Made by a program: the position numbers and the translations under genes. The notes under the pieces are model-generated. The model made no database searches and was not told the DNA's origin. It saw nothing but the letters and a program-made list of their open reading frames with translations. From Stegostoma tigrinum (lineage: Eukaryota): DNA of 64,000 nucleotides. The stretch spans positions 9,353,628-9,417,627 of the forward strand of contig NC_081396.1 in the NCBI RefSeq assembly GCF_030684315.1, in the 5' to 3' direction. Below, in pieces: positions 49,080 through 63,042 of this stretch (its first letter is position 1; each line of letters opens with the position of its first letter).

Positions 49080-49990
49080 CTAACCTGGTTGTGATTGTTA
49101 TCCTGTCTCAACGAAAATGCGGTCTCTCTGGGTGTATCACTTATTACCTCATCTCAATGGCAGCGACAGATCTCCTGGTCATTGTTACTGCTGTCGTATT
49201 GAACCGGATTGCTGGGATTTATTTTCCGTTAACTTTCCTTTCCATCACCCCATTGTGCAGTTTACGTTCTGCCCTAATTTATGCATCTATAGATAGTTCT
49301 GTCTGGTTTACAGTCACTTTTACCTTTGACCGATTTGTCGCCATTTCTTGTCTCAAGCTGAAAGTAAGATATTGCACTAAGATGATGGCAGCACAAGTTA
49401 TAGGAATCGTGTCTGCCTTGAGTTGTATAAAAAATGCCTTCTTATATTTTGTATATGAACCTGTGTACATAATTAACAATATACCGTGGTTTTGTAGTGC
49501 AAAATTAATATTTTACACATCACCTGCATGGGCTGCATATGACTGGATGGGATCCATTGTAACTCCTAGCCTCCCATTCATTTTTATTATATTACTAAAC
49601 GCTCTGACTGTCAGGCATGTCCTAGCAGCCAATAGAGCCCGCAGGAGAGTTCGGGCTCAGAACAATGGAGAGCACCAGAGTGATCCGGAGGTGGAGAAGC
49701 GGAAAAAGTCCATTGTTTTACTTTTTGCCATCTCCTGCAATTTCATTCTACTCTATTTACTATTCATGGTAACAATCCTCTATGTTCGAATTGCTGATGT
49801 TACTTATTTCTCAGGTTCAGATTCCAGTGAATCAACATTTGTTTTTGAGGAATATGGATTTATGCTTCAGCTTCTGAGTTCCTGCATCAACCCATTCATT
49901 TATGCAGGAGTGCAAGCCAAATTCAGAGCAGAATTAATAAATGGCATGAAATATCCTTGGAGGTTATTGCATAAGACACTTAAATTGTGA
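49080..49990 (+). CDS. GPR139-like class A GPCR gene 2, exon 2 (spliced product 326 aa)
   Basis: Acceptor ttgttacag|CT AAC; FTFDRF and INPFIY motifs. Same 911-nt length as gene 1 exon 2, roughly 60-65% aa identity by eye. Confidence 0.93.
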
Positions 49991-49999
49991 CAAGAGATT

Positions 50000-50400
50000 C
50001 ACAGGTTCACAGAGTGTTACAGCACGGAAACAAGCACTTCAGCCCAACATGTCCAGGCTGATGAAGTTTCCCAAGCTAAAACAGTCCCATTTGCATTTGG
50101 CCTATGTCCCCCTGAACCTTTCCTTTTCATGTATCTGTCCAAGTGTCATCTAAATGTTCCAACTGTACCTGCATCTACCACTTCTTCTGGCAGCTTATTC
50201 CACTCACAAAACCACTCACCATGTGATAAAGCTCTCCCTCAGGTCTCTTTTGAATCTTTATCCTTTCACAAGCAAAATATGCCCTCCAATTTTGAACTCT
50301 CCTAACCCAGGGAAAAGACTTGTTATCCACCTTACAAATGCCCTTCATGATTTTATAAACATCTACAAATCATCACTCGATTCCCATTCTCCAGTGAAAA
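50000..50400 (-). mobile_element. CR1 LINE 3' fragment immediately downstream of GPCR2
   Basis: acagcacggaaacaagcacttcagcccaac...accacttcttctggcagc..attcca...accact..ccatgtga. Confidence 0.75.
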
Positions 50401-52299
50401 ATGGCCACAGTAGTTCCATGGAGACACTGCTGTAACATTCTTATCTTCGGTTTCTGCTTCCACATGCACTTAAAGGACAATTAAAATTTAACTTCATGCC
50501 TCAAGGAAGACAAATCGATATATTAATATTGGAATACTCTTTTTTCAGACATTCAAGAAACTAACAACTAACTTTAAAGCTTGGCAACAACATTTGAACT
50601 AAGAAGCCAGGGCGCTGATGGAACGAACATCATATTATTTTTCAACACATTAGGAAAATTTGCATCAGTAGTTTGTGTCATCCCAACATTTCCTTTCCAT
50701 GTCCTGATTGCACAGAGCACCACTTCCAAGAAATTCCTTTTCTAAATTGGCTCAGTGAATTTTCTCAACACTTTTATTTTCAGCTCTCTTGGCCGTATTG
50801 TCACACGTGCATCCTTATGAGAATTCATAGCACTGATGATCACTGCAAAGAAATATCAAATGAACATCTAAAGGTTATTCCACAAAATGACACCATTCTG
50901 CCCAATGTGCCAGCACGAATGCTGCAATTGGATGTGATGATTTAGTGCCATTTTCCTACTATTTCCTCGTAACCCGACCATTACTGCAGTTTAATAATCA
51001 TGCAATGCCCAACTCATTGCCCGAAAGTGCATTCCAGAACTTGACCACTAGCTGTATTATAAGGCATAGTGTCTTTGATAGCGTTTGGCTCAATTACAAG
51101 TTCCCTTTAATTTTTGTCCACACATTCACTATCTTTGCATAAGTTGGAACATTTTCTCACTATCTTTCAGCCTGGATCTCACATGATTTTCGAATCATCT
51201 ATTTACTCTCTTTACAACATTGTCCTCTCCAAGGGAAATTGTCTCAATTTCTCCAATCTCACTTTTTTTTTACTGAAACTGTTCATTCGTAGAAACGTTT
51301 TTGTAGATCTCTGCAGAATTCTTTCCAATGCATTCACACCATTCCTTGAATGCCTACAACTGTACAAAATACTTCGTCTGACATCTAACTAATGTCTCAC
51401 AAAATGCAGCAGTATCTCCTTTCTCTTGTAGCTTGTGACTGAATTAAGAACAACTCCTAGGCCACTGTATGCTCGAATAATAAAATATGAATAACAAGCC
51501 ATTTCTCATTCCATTGAATCCATGAAGAACACATTAGAAAATATCTTCCGCAAGCGAATTGTGTGGTTCTACTTTCCTGCTACTTTCTGCTCCCATTTTG
51601 CAGTCATTCGACAGAAGGTAATAATAGAACAAAAGGGGCAGTGTACATCCTTGTCCGTTTACATTATTGCAATTGAATTTTCATTCTGTAGAGACCAAGG
51701 TTAGAGTGAGATAGAAATAGGAGGCATGGGAGGAATTGGTGTTGCTGATAATGAATGTCAAATTGACAACATGGTGTCTGTTGGCTGCTATTTGGAACTG
51801 GATGTTCGTTCGATCAGTTGTGTGGTGAAGACACCTGAAAATGCAATTCCATAATTTTCTCATCAAGATCTCCCTAACATTAGAATTTCTCTCTATTTTG
51901 TTGTAAGATCTGAAATATGCTGTCGCCTTATCCTGCATATAATTGCTTTAAAATAATTCCAATTTTAACGTTTTCAATCTTGATTGTCAGGACTACATTT
52001 GAAAATACTTTAATTGGATGAGCCTGCTAAAGAGGTTACCAAGTAGGACCTGCGTCATCAGTGCAGTTGTTCTGAAATGATTATATCAACACTGAACGTA
52101 GTCCCGACTGAACAGAATATGTCAGAAAACGCTGACAAGACATAGAAGACCAGAGAGTAGAGAGAGAATGACAGTGATTCTTCAATGATTCTTGCTGCTC
52201 CCGGAATGCTAACTATCCTCAATCGGCCTAACCCTTCTGAATTAATGTTGACGACATTTATTGTGGACACATGTCAAAAGTTTAATCCCACCCACTGCA

Positions 52300-52730
52300 G
52301 GCACAAAGAGACATAGTTTCCGGCGACATGGAAGCTTTGGTCCATTTAATCTGCGCTGACGAGACATCCCAATCTGACGGAGTCTCATTTGCTAGCATTT
52401 GTCCCTCTAAACCGTTTCTATTTGTATACCCATCCAATTGCCTTTGAAATGGAGTAATTATACCCACCACCACCACTTGGTCTACTAGTTAGCTCCATAC
52501 ACGCACCAAACTCTGTGTGAAATAATTACCCTTCAGGTCTTTTTTTTCAACCCTTTTAACTTAAACCTATGACCTCCAGTTTTGGACTTCCAAACCCTGG
52601 GAAAAAGACCTTGGCTATTCACCCTATCCATTCCCCTCATGATTTTGTCAACCTCTACAGGGTCACATCTCAGGCTCTAATGCTCCAGCAGAAAAATGTC
52701 CGAGTCTATTCAGCCTCGCCATGTACTCCA
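52300..52730 (-). mobile_element. CR1 LINE 3' fragment
   Basis: Same family as 50000-50400 (tgggaaaaagacc...cctatccattcccctcatgattttg). Confidence 0.75.
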
Positions 52731-53804
52731 TATTTCCTGGTATCAGCTCCATCCTTCAACCAGGGCAGTCACCCCTTGAACTCAACTATTTTGATAGTCT
52801 GGAAGGTGGAGGTTAAAATTCCCAATTTATAGGAAGGAGAACTGCGAAATGTAGCACATCAGAGTCAATCATTAGGCATCTTCAAGAAGCAAAAATTGCC
52901 TTGACTGCTTGGTATCCATGCGATAGTTCTCTTCCATTTGTGTGTACAAATTTTAAAAAAGTTTTGCAAAGTAGAAGATGTGATTTCTGTTTTGATCCCT
53001 TCCAAATTCTCCTCTGAAAACTGACAATTTTTAAAATAAAATCTCAACACATTTTTAAGACTGGCATCATGTCCAGGGAAGAGGATTTGTGGAAAAAAAC
53101 TAGAGATTGAGAGTGTTCTCTTCAGAGAGAAAACAAATTTACGAGATATTTCATGGGGTTGTTTATAAGGATTGAGGGAGTTTAGGTGGATGGGGGGATT
53201 GGGGATGGTGGGGGACAGGGTTCAGTGAGGGTGGAACAGAAGGTTGACAGAGCAAACTGTCTCGACTGATGAGAGTTAAGAATGGGACAACTGGAACTGA
53301 GAATCATTTCAGGAAAGATAATCTGGTATCTCTATTTGAATTTATTTGCTTATAACAAATGTATAATTTGTTACAAATACCCTTAAACTGGAACAGGGTG
53401 CAGTGAGGCGGGGTTGCAAGCAAGAAGAGCAGGATTTTATGATAACACTTGATATCTATTTGAATCTCAACACATTATCTCACTTCTCAGTCTTCCTGCT
53501 ATAAAGCAAGTCCCACCAATTCAGGATATTATGCATCTTTTAATGACAATACACGTGGGTAAAAACTTTCCTAATCTCCAGAGTTTCATATCAGTGGTGA
53601 ATGTCAAGCAAGTATCTCGCTGAATTTGTTAAGCTTCCTGTGGTCAAAGCAGCTGAGCACAAGGGGAGAAGGTGTTTTTTCTCTCTCTCTCTGGAATGAT
53701 TTGAAAGAAAATGGAATGCCTGTGAAAACAGGGAACAATTCCAAGTGGATGAAGCACAGAAAGCGGTAAATTGGGCTGAAGTGCTAGATTGAAAGATAAC
53801 TTTT

Positions 53805-54152
53805 TGTTAAATTCATTAACAGGAGAAGGGTGTCGCTGCCTAGCCAGCATTAATTAACCATCCCTAATTGCCCAAAAGTTAGTGAAGAGCAATGACATTT
53901 GTCTGGAGTCACATGTATGCCAGGCCAGAACAGGAAGCCTGTTTCCCTTCCCGATGGCCATTCATGAGCCAGTTGGGTTTTTTCCCCTGACAATTGATTC
54001 AGGGCTATCATGAGATTGTTAATTCCAGATATTTCATTGAATTCAAATTCCACCATCTGTCACAGCTGGATTTGAACCTGGCATCACAAGAACGTTATCA
54101 GGGTCTTGGGATTAACCATCCAGGAAGGGTACCACTCGGCCTTTGCCGCCTC
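53805..54152 (-). mobile_element. tRNA-derived shark SINE, near full length
   Basis: Same family as 24400-24698/27478-27533. Confidence 0.8.
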
Positions 54153-54270
54153 ACATGCAAACAAATGATCAGGAATGATACTTGCCCTGGTCTAAACACA
54201 AGGAAATCAACTCTGTCCATATGTTAGAGAATAATTCCTGCAGGTTCAACTCAGAAATAGTGAAAAACCT

Positions 54271-54349
54271 CGTCATCAGCATTTGAACCTGTGCAGAGCA
54301 ACCCAAACAGATTTCTAATTCATTACTTCAACAAATGGAACCTGACAAC
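54271..54349 (-). pseudogene. Decayed tRNA-Ser(AGA)-like sequence
   Basis: Aligns colinearly with recalled vertebrate tRNA-Ser(AGA) (tttgaacctg = T arm; gatttcta = anticodon loop in reverse), about two-thirds identity by eye. Confidence 0.5.
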
Positions 54350-57300
54350 AGGCTTTGAATTTACACTAACATTTTTGGTATAATATTAATGACTTGTTAC
54401 ATCAGATACAAAGTACAACTCACTGCACCTTTCAATGTCAGCCACGCAGTCTTTTCCTCGGTCACTCGGCAATGTCTGCACTCCTCCATTTTTCTGACTG
54501 CTAACAGGCAAGAATATGCTCTCGTCTGCTCCATCACTCAAGAAGTGCATGAAATTGCTGTTGTGGTAGTATTAGAATGCATGCTTCCAACCAGACACAA
54601 GCCTAAATCCAGAGCACTAGACTGCACAGCCATGCGAACAGAGTGACTGTTGTATTGTCAAAACACTTGTCTGATAATGGCACTGAGTTAGTACGTAAAA
54701 TATGAGCAGGGCCCCATTCCTCATTCATTTAAGATGTTCTTTTTTCACAAAGGATTTGATGCACCATGGATGATAGTGATATCCCCATCTCTTATGATCC
54801 ATCCCCAGGTGTCCCGGAGTAGATGCTGAGTAGCATTTTCGAGTAAATTGGTGACTTGTGATTTCTCCTTGCCCACTAGTCCTTCTCAAGTCGATCACAG
54901 ACCTTCCCTGCTGCTTGTTCTACAAAGTGACTCTTGACTTTATGAACAGAATCTTACAGATACTCAGCAGTTCGGATGGTATCTGTTGATATAGGAACCT
55001 TCTCTGTTGTTTGTTTTACAGATTGACTCTTGCCTTTATGATCAGAAGATTTTGCAGATACTCAGCAGCTCAGGAGGCACATGTTGGTACAGGAACAGAG
55101 CTAATGTTTATCTCAATTACCCTCCATCAGAACTGTTGAAAGTGAGAGATCTTCGAAGTTTCAAACAAATTCTCAGAGAGGGAAAGGGGTGAAGAGGAAA
55201 GAAGGAATAAAACAAGGTCCTGGATAGATGGAAGACAGGAGAGATTCATTAAGAAAAATGAAAATCGTGAATTACAGAAGAAGATGAGAATGGCTGAGTT
55301 TCTACTTGTCACTTGTTTCCACAGTGAAAACTCTTTCCTTGGCCTCCGTTACTGTAAAAAAGGCAGATCATGGAACAAATCATCACAGTCCATGTAAGCA
55401 GAAGGAAAAAAAAACGAAAATACTTGCGACTTGGATGATGTTCAGGGATAATTCGTTAGTTTATTTCCTTAGCTTTCAAAATCTGTTCATTATTGTCTGG
55501 ATCCTTTCCAACACGGGTCCAGCACCTTTCTTCCCATTCCTTTGTTTCCCATTCTATCCTTCAATAATCCTTTACTGTTATTAGGTTTGAAGAACAATTT
55601 ACAATTTGTTTTCGCACAGCCTGCCATCTTTTCCTTACGTTTCCTCTCAGCTTTCTTTTTTTTTCAGCCTTAGCCTCTCTCCAAATTTGAGATACTCTTC
55701 CTGATTTAATAGTTTTTTTTCTCTGAGCAAGTTATTTCAAAAAAATATCAACACGTTTACCTTTTTCCTGTTGGTGTCAGGATATTGAAGGTAAAGCTGA
55801 GACAATCCAGCCATACTTCTTTGCTGGTTTTTCGACAAATTCGTTGAGCATTTCTCCAATGCTGCAGCAGGAGGTTGGACTTTTCGTCGGTTTCCCAAAG
55901 TTAAAATGAAATCTGTATTACAAAGCTGCTCTGTCGATATTTTCAGAAAGAAGGTGTTCAGGAGTTGCCAAGAAGAATTGAAGGGAAATGATGTGGCATG
56001 CTCTATTCAACAAAACGGTATAAGTCGTCATTTATTATCCATTGTATGCGCACACTTCACGTCTGTAAATGGAGATAACACAATGTGGAGCTAGAAGAAT
56101 GCAGCAGGCCAGGCAGCATCGAAGGACCAGGAAAGCTGACGTTTTGGATCGGGACCGTTCTTTAGGAAAAGAAATGGTCGTTAAGTCTGTAAATGTGTCT
56201 TGCTTCAACTTGCATTTATTAGAGCATTACCGTTCACCCTCCGATGTTTGGTCTTGACCATTCCGAAATATTAACGGGTTTTGTCTCATCTTTCATTCTC
56301 GAAAATCAAAGTAATCTCAAGCTCTCCTTCCAATGGCACAATCGAAGATTATTTCAGTTTACCCACTCCCTCTCACCTGCTGCGCTTCCCCCTGAGAAAC
56401 ATCTCCATTTGAAAAGAAAATCCATCTTTTCAAATCATGACGTGTCCTTGTCCATCTCTATGCCAGTATCCCATTCCTGTTATACATCTAACCGATGTGT
56501 CAATGCTCAATCAGAACTCAATCACTGCAGCATTACTTAACAGCACCCACTGCAGCCCTTTATTCAGCTGTAAATTCCCAGGCCTCCGGGATTCCACCTT
56601 TAAATATTATCGTCTGTCCATTTACCTGTCCTCTTTGTGACCCACCATCTTTATAAATCTAATGTGGCGAGGAAGCATGCTACCACGCGCCATAGCACGT
56701 ATTTAAATTTCAGTCAAGGCTCAGGTTAGAGTTACCCGCCCTGCAATATCCTGAAATCAACTTCTATTCCCGGATGTAAACGTGGAAAGACTGCGATTAA
56801 AATTCCAGTGCACAAGCGATGATGTGCAGCACTGATTGAGATGTTCTGTTTTGGGGGAGACAGTAAAAGAAATAACCATCTGGACTCGAGGCACTTGGCA
56901 TAATTATCCATGGAACTGTTTCCAAGAATAGACGAGGTCTTTGCCCTGGCCAATGTTTAGCCTTTCACCAGTGTCACAAGATATGCATATCTTTTCAGTT
57001 TGGGGCTGCTGATGTGAAAATATGTTTGACGACATTTCCGACATCACAACAATGACAAGACTTTCAAAAAATCACTTTCATCTGTAAGGGACATTTTAGG
57101 ACGTGGGATGGTCGGAAAAGGCTCCATGCAGGTGATTTTCACGTTCCAAATATCCACAATGCTCAAGATGTTCTTTCTCATTCAAATCGAGTTTCAATTA
57201 GTCCACTGAATATTTCACATTTTCCATCACAAATATTTTCCTCTTTGCACTTTGATCTGACTTAATTTATTTTATTAATGTTTTCAGTGATACAAAACCA

Positions 57301-59319
57301 AATTGACATTTGTGACAACAACAAAAGGAAAATGAATGAGGGTGTGAACATTTGCTTTCACCAATACTAGAGGAGACTGGAATGTCTTTTAAGTATCCTC
57401 TTTATCAACAGTCATTTATTTTCCTGACACGGATTAGGTGGAGGTGAGAAACTGCCGTTGGAACCGGAAATGCACCTGTCTCATACTCACGCACCCTTGA
57501 CCCACAATCGTTACTGTTACCTTACATCAGCAGCGAGAAACTCCCCCCAACGACTTAGTATCAACGTTACATCAAAGTTTTTTAAAATAGATCCTCCCGT
57601 TATGGTTTCCTTTTTCTCTCCCCGGCGGAAAACTTATATGCAACGTAGTGAAGAGTTCCATTCTTATCTAAAACCAAGTTAGAGGTATTAAGTCCCAGAG
57701 AGAGGAAGAAAAAGAAAATGGAACACCCAATCCGACAAACAGATGGTAACTAACAATGTAACAGAAATATCCAGGCAAACAAAGCTGTGTAATGCGTGGC
57801 CATTGTCTATCTCCTGTGAAATCCGCACAGAACTCCAGCAGCCTTGATGCCTGGCATGGATCTCACACAATGAAGCATGACTTACTGGGTGCAAAATGTC
57901 TCTTGCAAGGAAGCAATTTTCATTTCAGTGGTGTGTGAAATTATGCAACAAGGTACTGGAGTTTTCTTATTATTTAAATTAAAAAAAGAAGAAACACTTT
58001 TAACTATTTTCATTGATAGGAGGAACTGAAGATGCTGTAGAATCTGAGAAAACAAGCTGTAGATCTGAATGAACACAGCAGGCCAAGCAGCATCAGAGGA
58101 GCAGGAAAGCTGACATTTCGGGCGGAGGCACCTCTTCAGCTTTCCTCTTCCTCTGATGCTGCTTGACCTGCTGTGTTCATCCAGCTCTACACCTTGTTAT
58201 CTAAAACAGCTTTACATGATCGTTGTAACTTTATAGTTACGCCGAGTACTGCAGGGGCAAAAAAAAACAAATAAAAACTAGGTGTAGGAGGAAGCAGTTC
58301 AGCAAATTGAACCTGCTCTGCTATTTAATCCACATCAAGGCTGAGCTTATCACAGCCTCCACTTTTCCACTGCACCGCATAACACTTTAAACCATTACAA
58401 ATTACAAATATGACGATCTCCTCCTAAAATTAACTCAATGTCCAGTCTTCCATTGCACGCTGGAGGAAGTGAGGATTGACGAGCCTCTTTGAAAGAAGTA
58501 ATTGCTCCACAACTCCGCTTTAAATCTTCTACTCTTGTTATAAACTTGCCATTCCAATTTTAATTAGACCTTGTTCCAAGTAATGCTGTTGGAACATTGC
58601 CGTTGCCATTGGTTGGAGATTGTTGCTGTACACATATGTCCCAAAGCAGTGAGCACTGTGGCGCCTGAGCGTGGTTGTTGAGAGGAGATATACTAGGAAC
58701 TGCCAATGCTGGAGAACCTGGGATAACGAGGTGTAGAGCTGGGTGAACAGAGCAGGCCAAGTAGCATCAAACAATCAGAAAAACTGACATTTCGGGCCAG
58801 GACCCTTCTTCAGAATAGCTGGCTTTGCAGTTGGGTTAAAATCGATTCAGAAGGTCGGAGCTGCCAATGCTGATGGATCTGAGATAACAAGCCGTAGAGC
58901 TGGATGAGCGCAGCAGGCCAGACAGCAACAGGGGAGCAGAAAAGCTAACCTTTCGGGCCTGGACCCAACTTAAGAGGATCCATATTCCTCAAGATGTAAT
59001 TTCAGCAATTATCTTGTGCCAGTTTCTACTTGTCACTTGTTTTATAGCAGTTAGAGTTTGATTTTCGCTTATTACTGGACATGGTCAGAGAATTTCTGCA
59101 AAACAATGATTTACGAAAGGGTTTGGGTAGAAGTAAGTATTGTAACTTTCGACTGCAACCACATCACCACTTTTATTCTGCTTATTGTGGACCCAATATG
59201 GAGCATCGAACCAGAGGTATAGAATTAAAGATAGTCCGTTGGGAGCCACTTAGTGCCCTTTATCTATTTAGTGCTATGTGTTTCGAATGGTATCTTCAGC
59301 AGAATAGTCTTAGAAACGG

Positions 59320-59930
59320 AGAAACATTGGAAAGTGGAGCAAGAGGAGAACATTCAGCTCTTCGAGTCTGTTCCTCCATTCCTCACCCATCATGGCTGAT
59401 CGTCCAACTCAGTACCTTAATACTGCTTTCTCCATATGATCTTTGATCCCATTTTCCCTATATGCTATAACTAGTTGTCCCGTGAATACATTCAATATTT
59501 TGGCATCAATTACTTCCTGTGCTAATGGATTCCACAGGATCACCACTCTTTGTGTTGAATAAATGTCTCCTCATCTTCATCTTAAATCGCCCACCTCGAA
59601 TCCTCATGCGGTGACCCCGGTTCTGGACACACCCACTATCTGGAACATCCTCTTTGAGCCTACCCTGTCCAGTTCTGTTAGAATTTTATTCGTGTCTATG
59701 AGATCCCAGGGTCATTCTTCTGAACCCCAGCAAAAACAATCCCAACCTAGTCAATGTTTCCTCATTAGTCAGACCCGCCATCCCAGGAATCAGTCTGGTA
59801 AACCTTTGCTGCACTCCCTCCACAGCAAGAGCATGCTTCCTCAGAAAAGGCGACCAAAACTGCACACAACATTCCGGGTGTGGCCTCACCAAGACTGTGT
59901 ATAACTGCAACAACACATTCCTATTCCTGT
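59320..59930 (-). mobile_element. CR1 LINE 3' fragment (duplicate of 4690-5285)
   Basis: ORF 59686-59916 LYTVLVRPHPECCVQFWSP. Confidence 0.9.
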
Positions 59931-60240
59931 ACTCAAGTTGCGACCGATGCAGTTAATTTTATCCGTATCAAGAACTATTTGAACTCTTCTAAACTGACTT
60001 GTTTGGTCATTGTTACTCAGCGATTAACCATAAATGTGGTGCTGCAGTCTCTCAATGAGAGGAACAGCACTCCATATTCGGTGTGATGTGAGTGGCAGAG
60101 GATAAAGCCAGTATAACATTGGGAAATATATTGTTTTCCAACTGAATTCGGATCCCCCTCACACCAACAGCTGTCTGTGGCCCACAGGAGGGTTTGGTTC
60201 GATTTTGTATTGGTGGCCAGTGTCAACGTGAATTTATATC

Positions 60241-60779
60241 AGAGATAATATTAGCTGCAGATGCTGAGTATCCGAGATAACAAAGTGCGTGGCTGGATGA
60301 ACACAGCAGGCCAAGCAACATCTTAGGAGGACAAAAGCTGACGTTTTGGGCCAATACCCTTCATCAGAAATAGGGGAGGGGCAGAGGGTTCTGAAATAAA
60401 CAGGGAGGGAGGGGGAGACAGTTTGAAGATGGATAGAGGAGAAAATAGGAGGAGAGGAGACAGACAGGTTAAAGAGGCAGGGATGGAGCCAATAAAGCTG
60501 AATATATTTGGAGAGGTAGGGAGGGGATTGATCAGTCCCGGGAGGACGAACAGGTCAAGGGAACAGGATGAGATTAGGAGGAAGGAAACTGGTGTGCAGC
60601 TTGAGGTGGGAGGAAGGTATAGGTGAGAGGTAGAACAGGTTAGGGAGGCGGGATCAAGCGGGGCTGGATTTGGGATGCGGTATGTGTAGAGGAGAATTTG
60701 AAGCTTGTGAAATCCAGATTCATACCATTGGGCTGCAAGGTTCCCAAGCAGAATATAAGTTGATGTTCCTGCAACCTTC
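60241..60779 (-). mobile_element. PLE 3' fragment specific to copy B
   Basis: Endonuclease C-terminus + 3' UTR + hammerhead (~60340-60367) + tail. The empty site is at ~5585 in copy A. Confidence 0.88.
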
Positions 60780-62846
60780 AACATGAAATCAGTTTTCTTA
60801 TGTTCCACTTTAAACGAAACAGTGAGAGAAAACGATTTAACTCAAGGGAATGACTTATTTTATAGATACGCTTTCAAATTAACTTTGCCCTTTGTCGGTT
60901 AAACGAGATTCAGGAAATAATGTCCGTTTCGATTAAATGGAACGTCAAGATGTGAAGAAATTTCGACTGAATCCAATTCAAAACAATGGCATTGACAGCA
61001 GTGATAGACAGCATGTCAATGCGCATGCGCTGACCCTCAGTGAGTTTGTATCTTACAACTTCAGGCCAGGCTTCATCCAGAAATGATTGTGACAGTGTCT
61101 GCTTCGTTCTGCAAGTGATACCAATTGAACGCGGTCGTTGGCTAAATAAGCAAATACAGAGTGGCTGCTGTACAACTCAACCACTGATTGTATCGTTCTC
61201 ACCTGGAAGGGTGAAACCCTCAGAAAATACACCAGACATGCCTATTAACACATTAAGCCCAGTCTTCACGAGGGTTGTTTCAAATATACCTGAGCAACGT
61301 CAATTTTTAAAATACTAAAAGTAAAATCTGGAAAACATGACTGTTTACACAGCTACAATGTTTTAGAGAAATGAATTGTAAGTGCAACATTCGTTCATAC
61401 TGTGTGAGGTATTTCTGATGTCAATGCCGTAAACTTGCCAAAAGCTGGTTCGGAAACCATTAAAGAATAAGTGTTGAATGTTTTCAATGAGTAGGAGTGT
61501 TTTTTTATTCAATCATGTCTCACAAAATAACAGCAGCATTGTGGAAGATCATAAATCTGAAATGAATTGTGTTAAAACCGTGTGAATTTACACCAATTGT
61601 AGCTTACTTCCTATCATATCTGCATCCGAGATTTTACAAATTGAACTTCTTCAATGCAATTCTCTATTTAAAATGAGAATAAATGACTTTGAGCCCTATT
61701 TACACGCAAAATACCTCTTAAACAAAGCACTGAGGAGATCCATTTAATAACATAACCGATCTATCGTATCAATCAGATACTTCACGAAAGTCAACATGAG
61801 AATTTTTAGCTCATTTCTTAGAGGTGGCAATAAGCCAATACATGTAACATGATTGTTCTAGGTTCGAGCACAAAGGTACTCAGAAAGAGAGGAAGATTAG
61901 TCCTCAGGCCTGCTCCATCATTTGGTGGAATAGTTGTTGAATCTCATTATAAACTATCACTTACAGTGATAATAGGAACTGCAGATGCTGGAGAATCTGA
62001 GATGACAAGGTGCAGAGATGGATGAACACAACAGGCCAAGTGACTTTTTTGGAGTAGGAAATCTGACGTTTTGGACCTAGGCCCTTCAGCACTGTTTCTC
62101 TCTTCTGAATTCCAGGATACTATATTACATCTCTAACATTCTTAAATCTACTTACTTTTGGTACGTGACTGCGATGAATCGTTTCTCTGCATTGTGAACA
62201 TTGCTTTTTGCCCGGCTGCAAATACGCAATTACTGATGTGTTCTGTACTAAAACCAACAAATCCAAATAGTGCCTGGCAGCATCCGTGCGGAAAAAACAA
62301 CAAATCACAGTTAACGTTTTGGGTCCGGTTCTGAGGAATGGTCAGTGGAAGTTAGCTCTGATTTTTCTTCACAGATGCTGCCAGACCTGTTGAGCTTTTC
62401 CAGCAAATTCTGTTTATGTTCCTGATTTGCAGCATCGTCAGTGCTTTCGGTTTTAAATCCAAATCAGGAAACGGTATCGGTAAATTGTTAAAGCAGAGCA
62501 TATTCCCGATCATTCTGATACACTGTTTGTCCATCAGGAACACGATAACTCCGCATGTCTTGTTTTGAGCAGGATTCTCAACCTCTTACACCACATTCTA
62601 ATATTTATGCTGATCTAGCCCCAACTTTTCTTACACAATAGTATTACACATTTTATTTGTTCCGCCTCTCAATACATAACAGTAACGTTTAGCAGTCCTC
62701 CCTGATAAATTAACTTTCTGATTCACAAATTTCTCTGACTGTCTGAAGCGTGGTGTTGCCCCCTGTATTTAGCAGATTTAAACGTCTCTGCAAACTGTTC
62801 CAGAAAACCACCTGGAACTATGTTAGTACTTTGCACCAGGCATAAG

Positions 62847-63042
62847 AGATAACAAGGTGTAGAGCTGGATAAACACAGAAGGTCAAGCAGCGTCAGAGGA
62901 GCAGGAAAGCTGATATCTTGGGCTTAGATACTTCTTCAAACATCAGCTTTCCTGCTCCTGTGATGCTGCTTGGTCTGCTGTGTTCATCCAGTTCTACACC
63001 TTGTTATCTCGGAATCTCTAGCATCTGAAGTTCCTACTATCT
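62847..63042. mobile_element. Fold-back PLE terminal-repeat element
   Basis: Inverted arms; degenerate TSD ttgcaccaggcat / ttgcacaccagacat. Confidence 0.8.

Noticed and set aside
3258-63042. Recurrent short repeats as a CRISPR array or bacterial IS/REP elements
   Set aside because: Dispersed, eukaryotic context, identical to PLE 3' termini, no regular spacers or cas genes.
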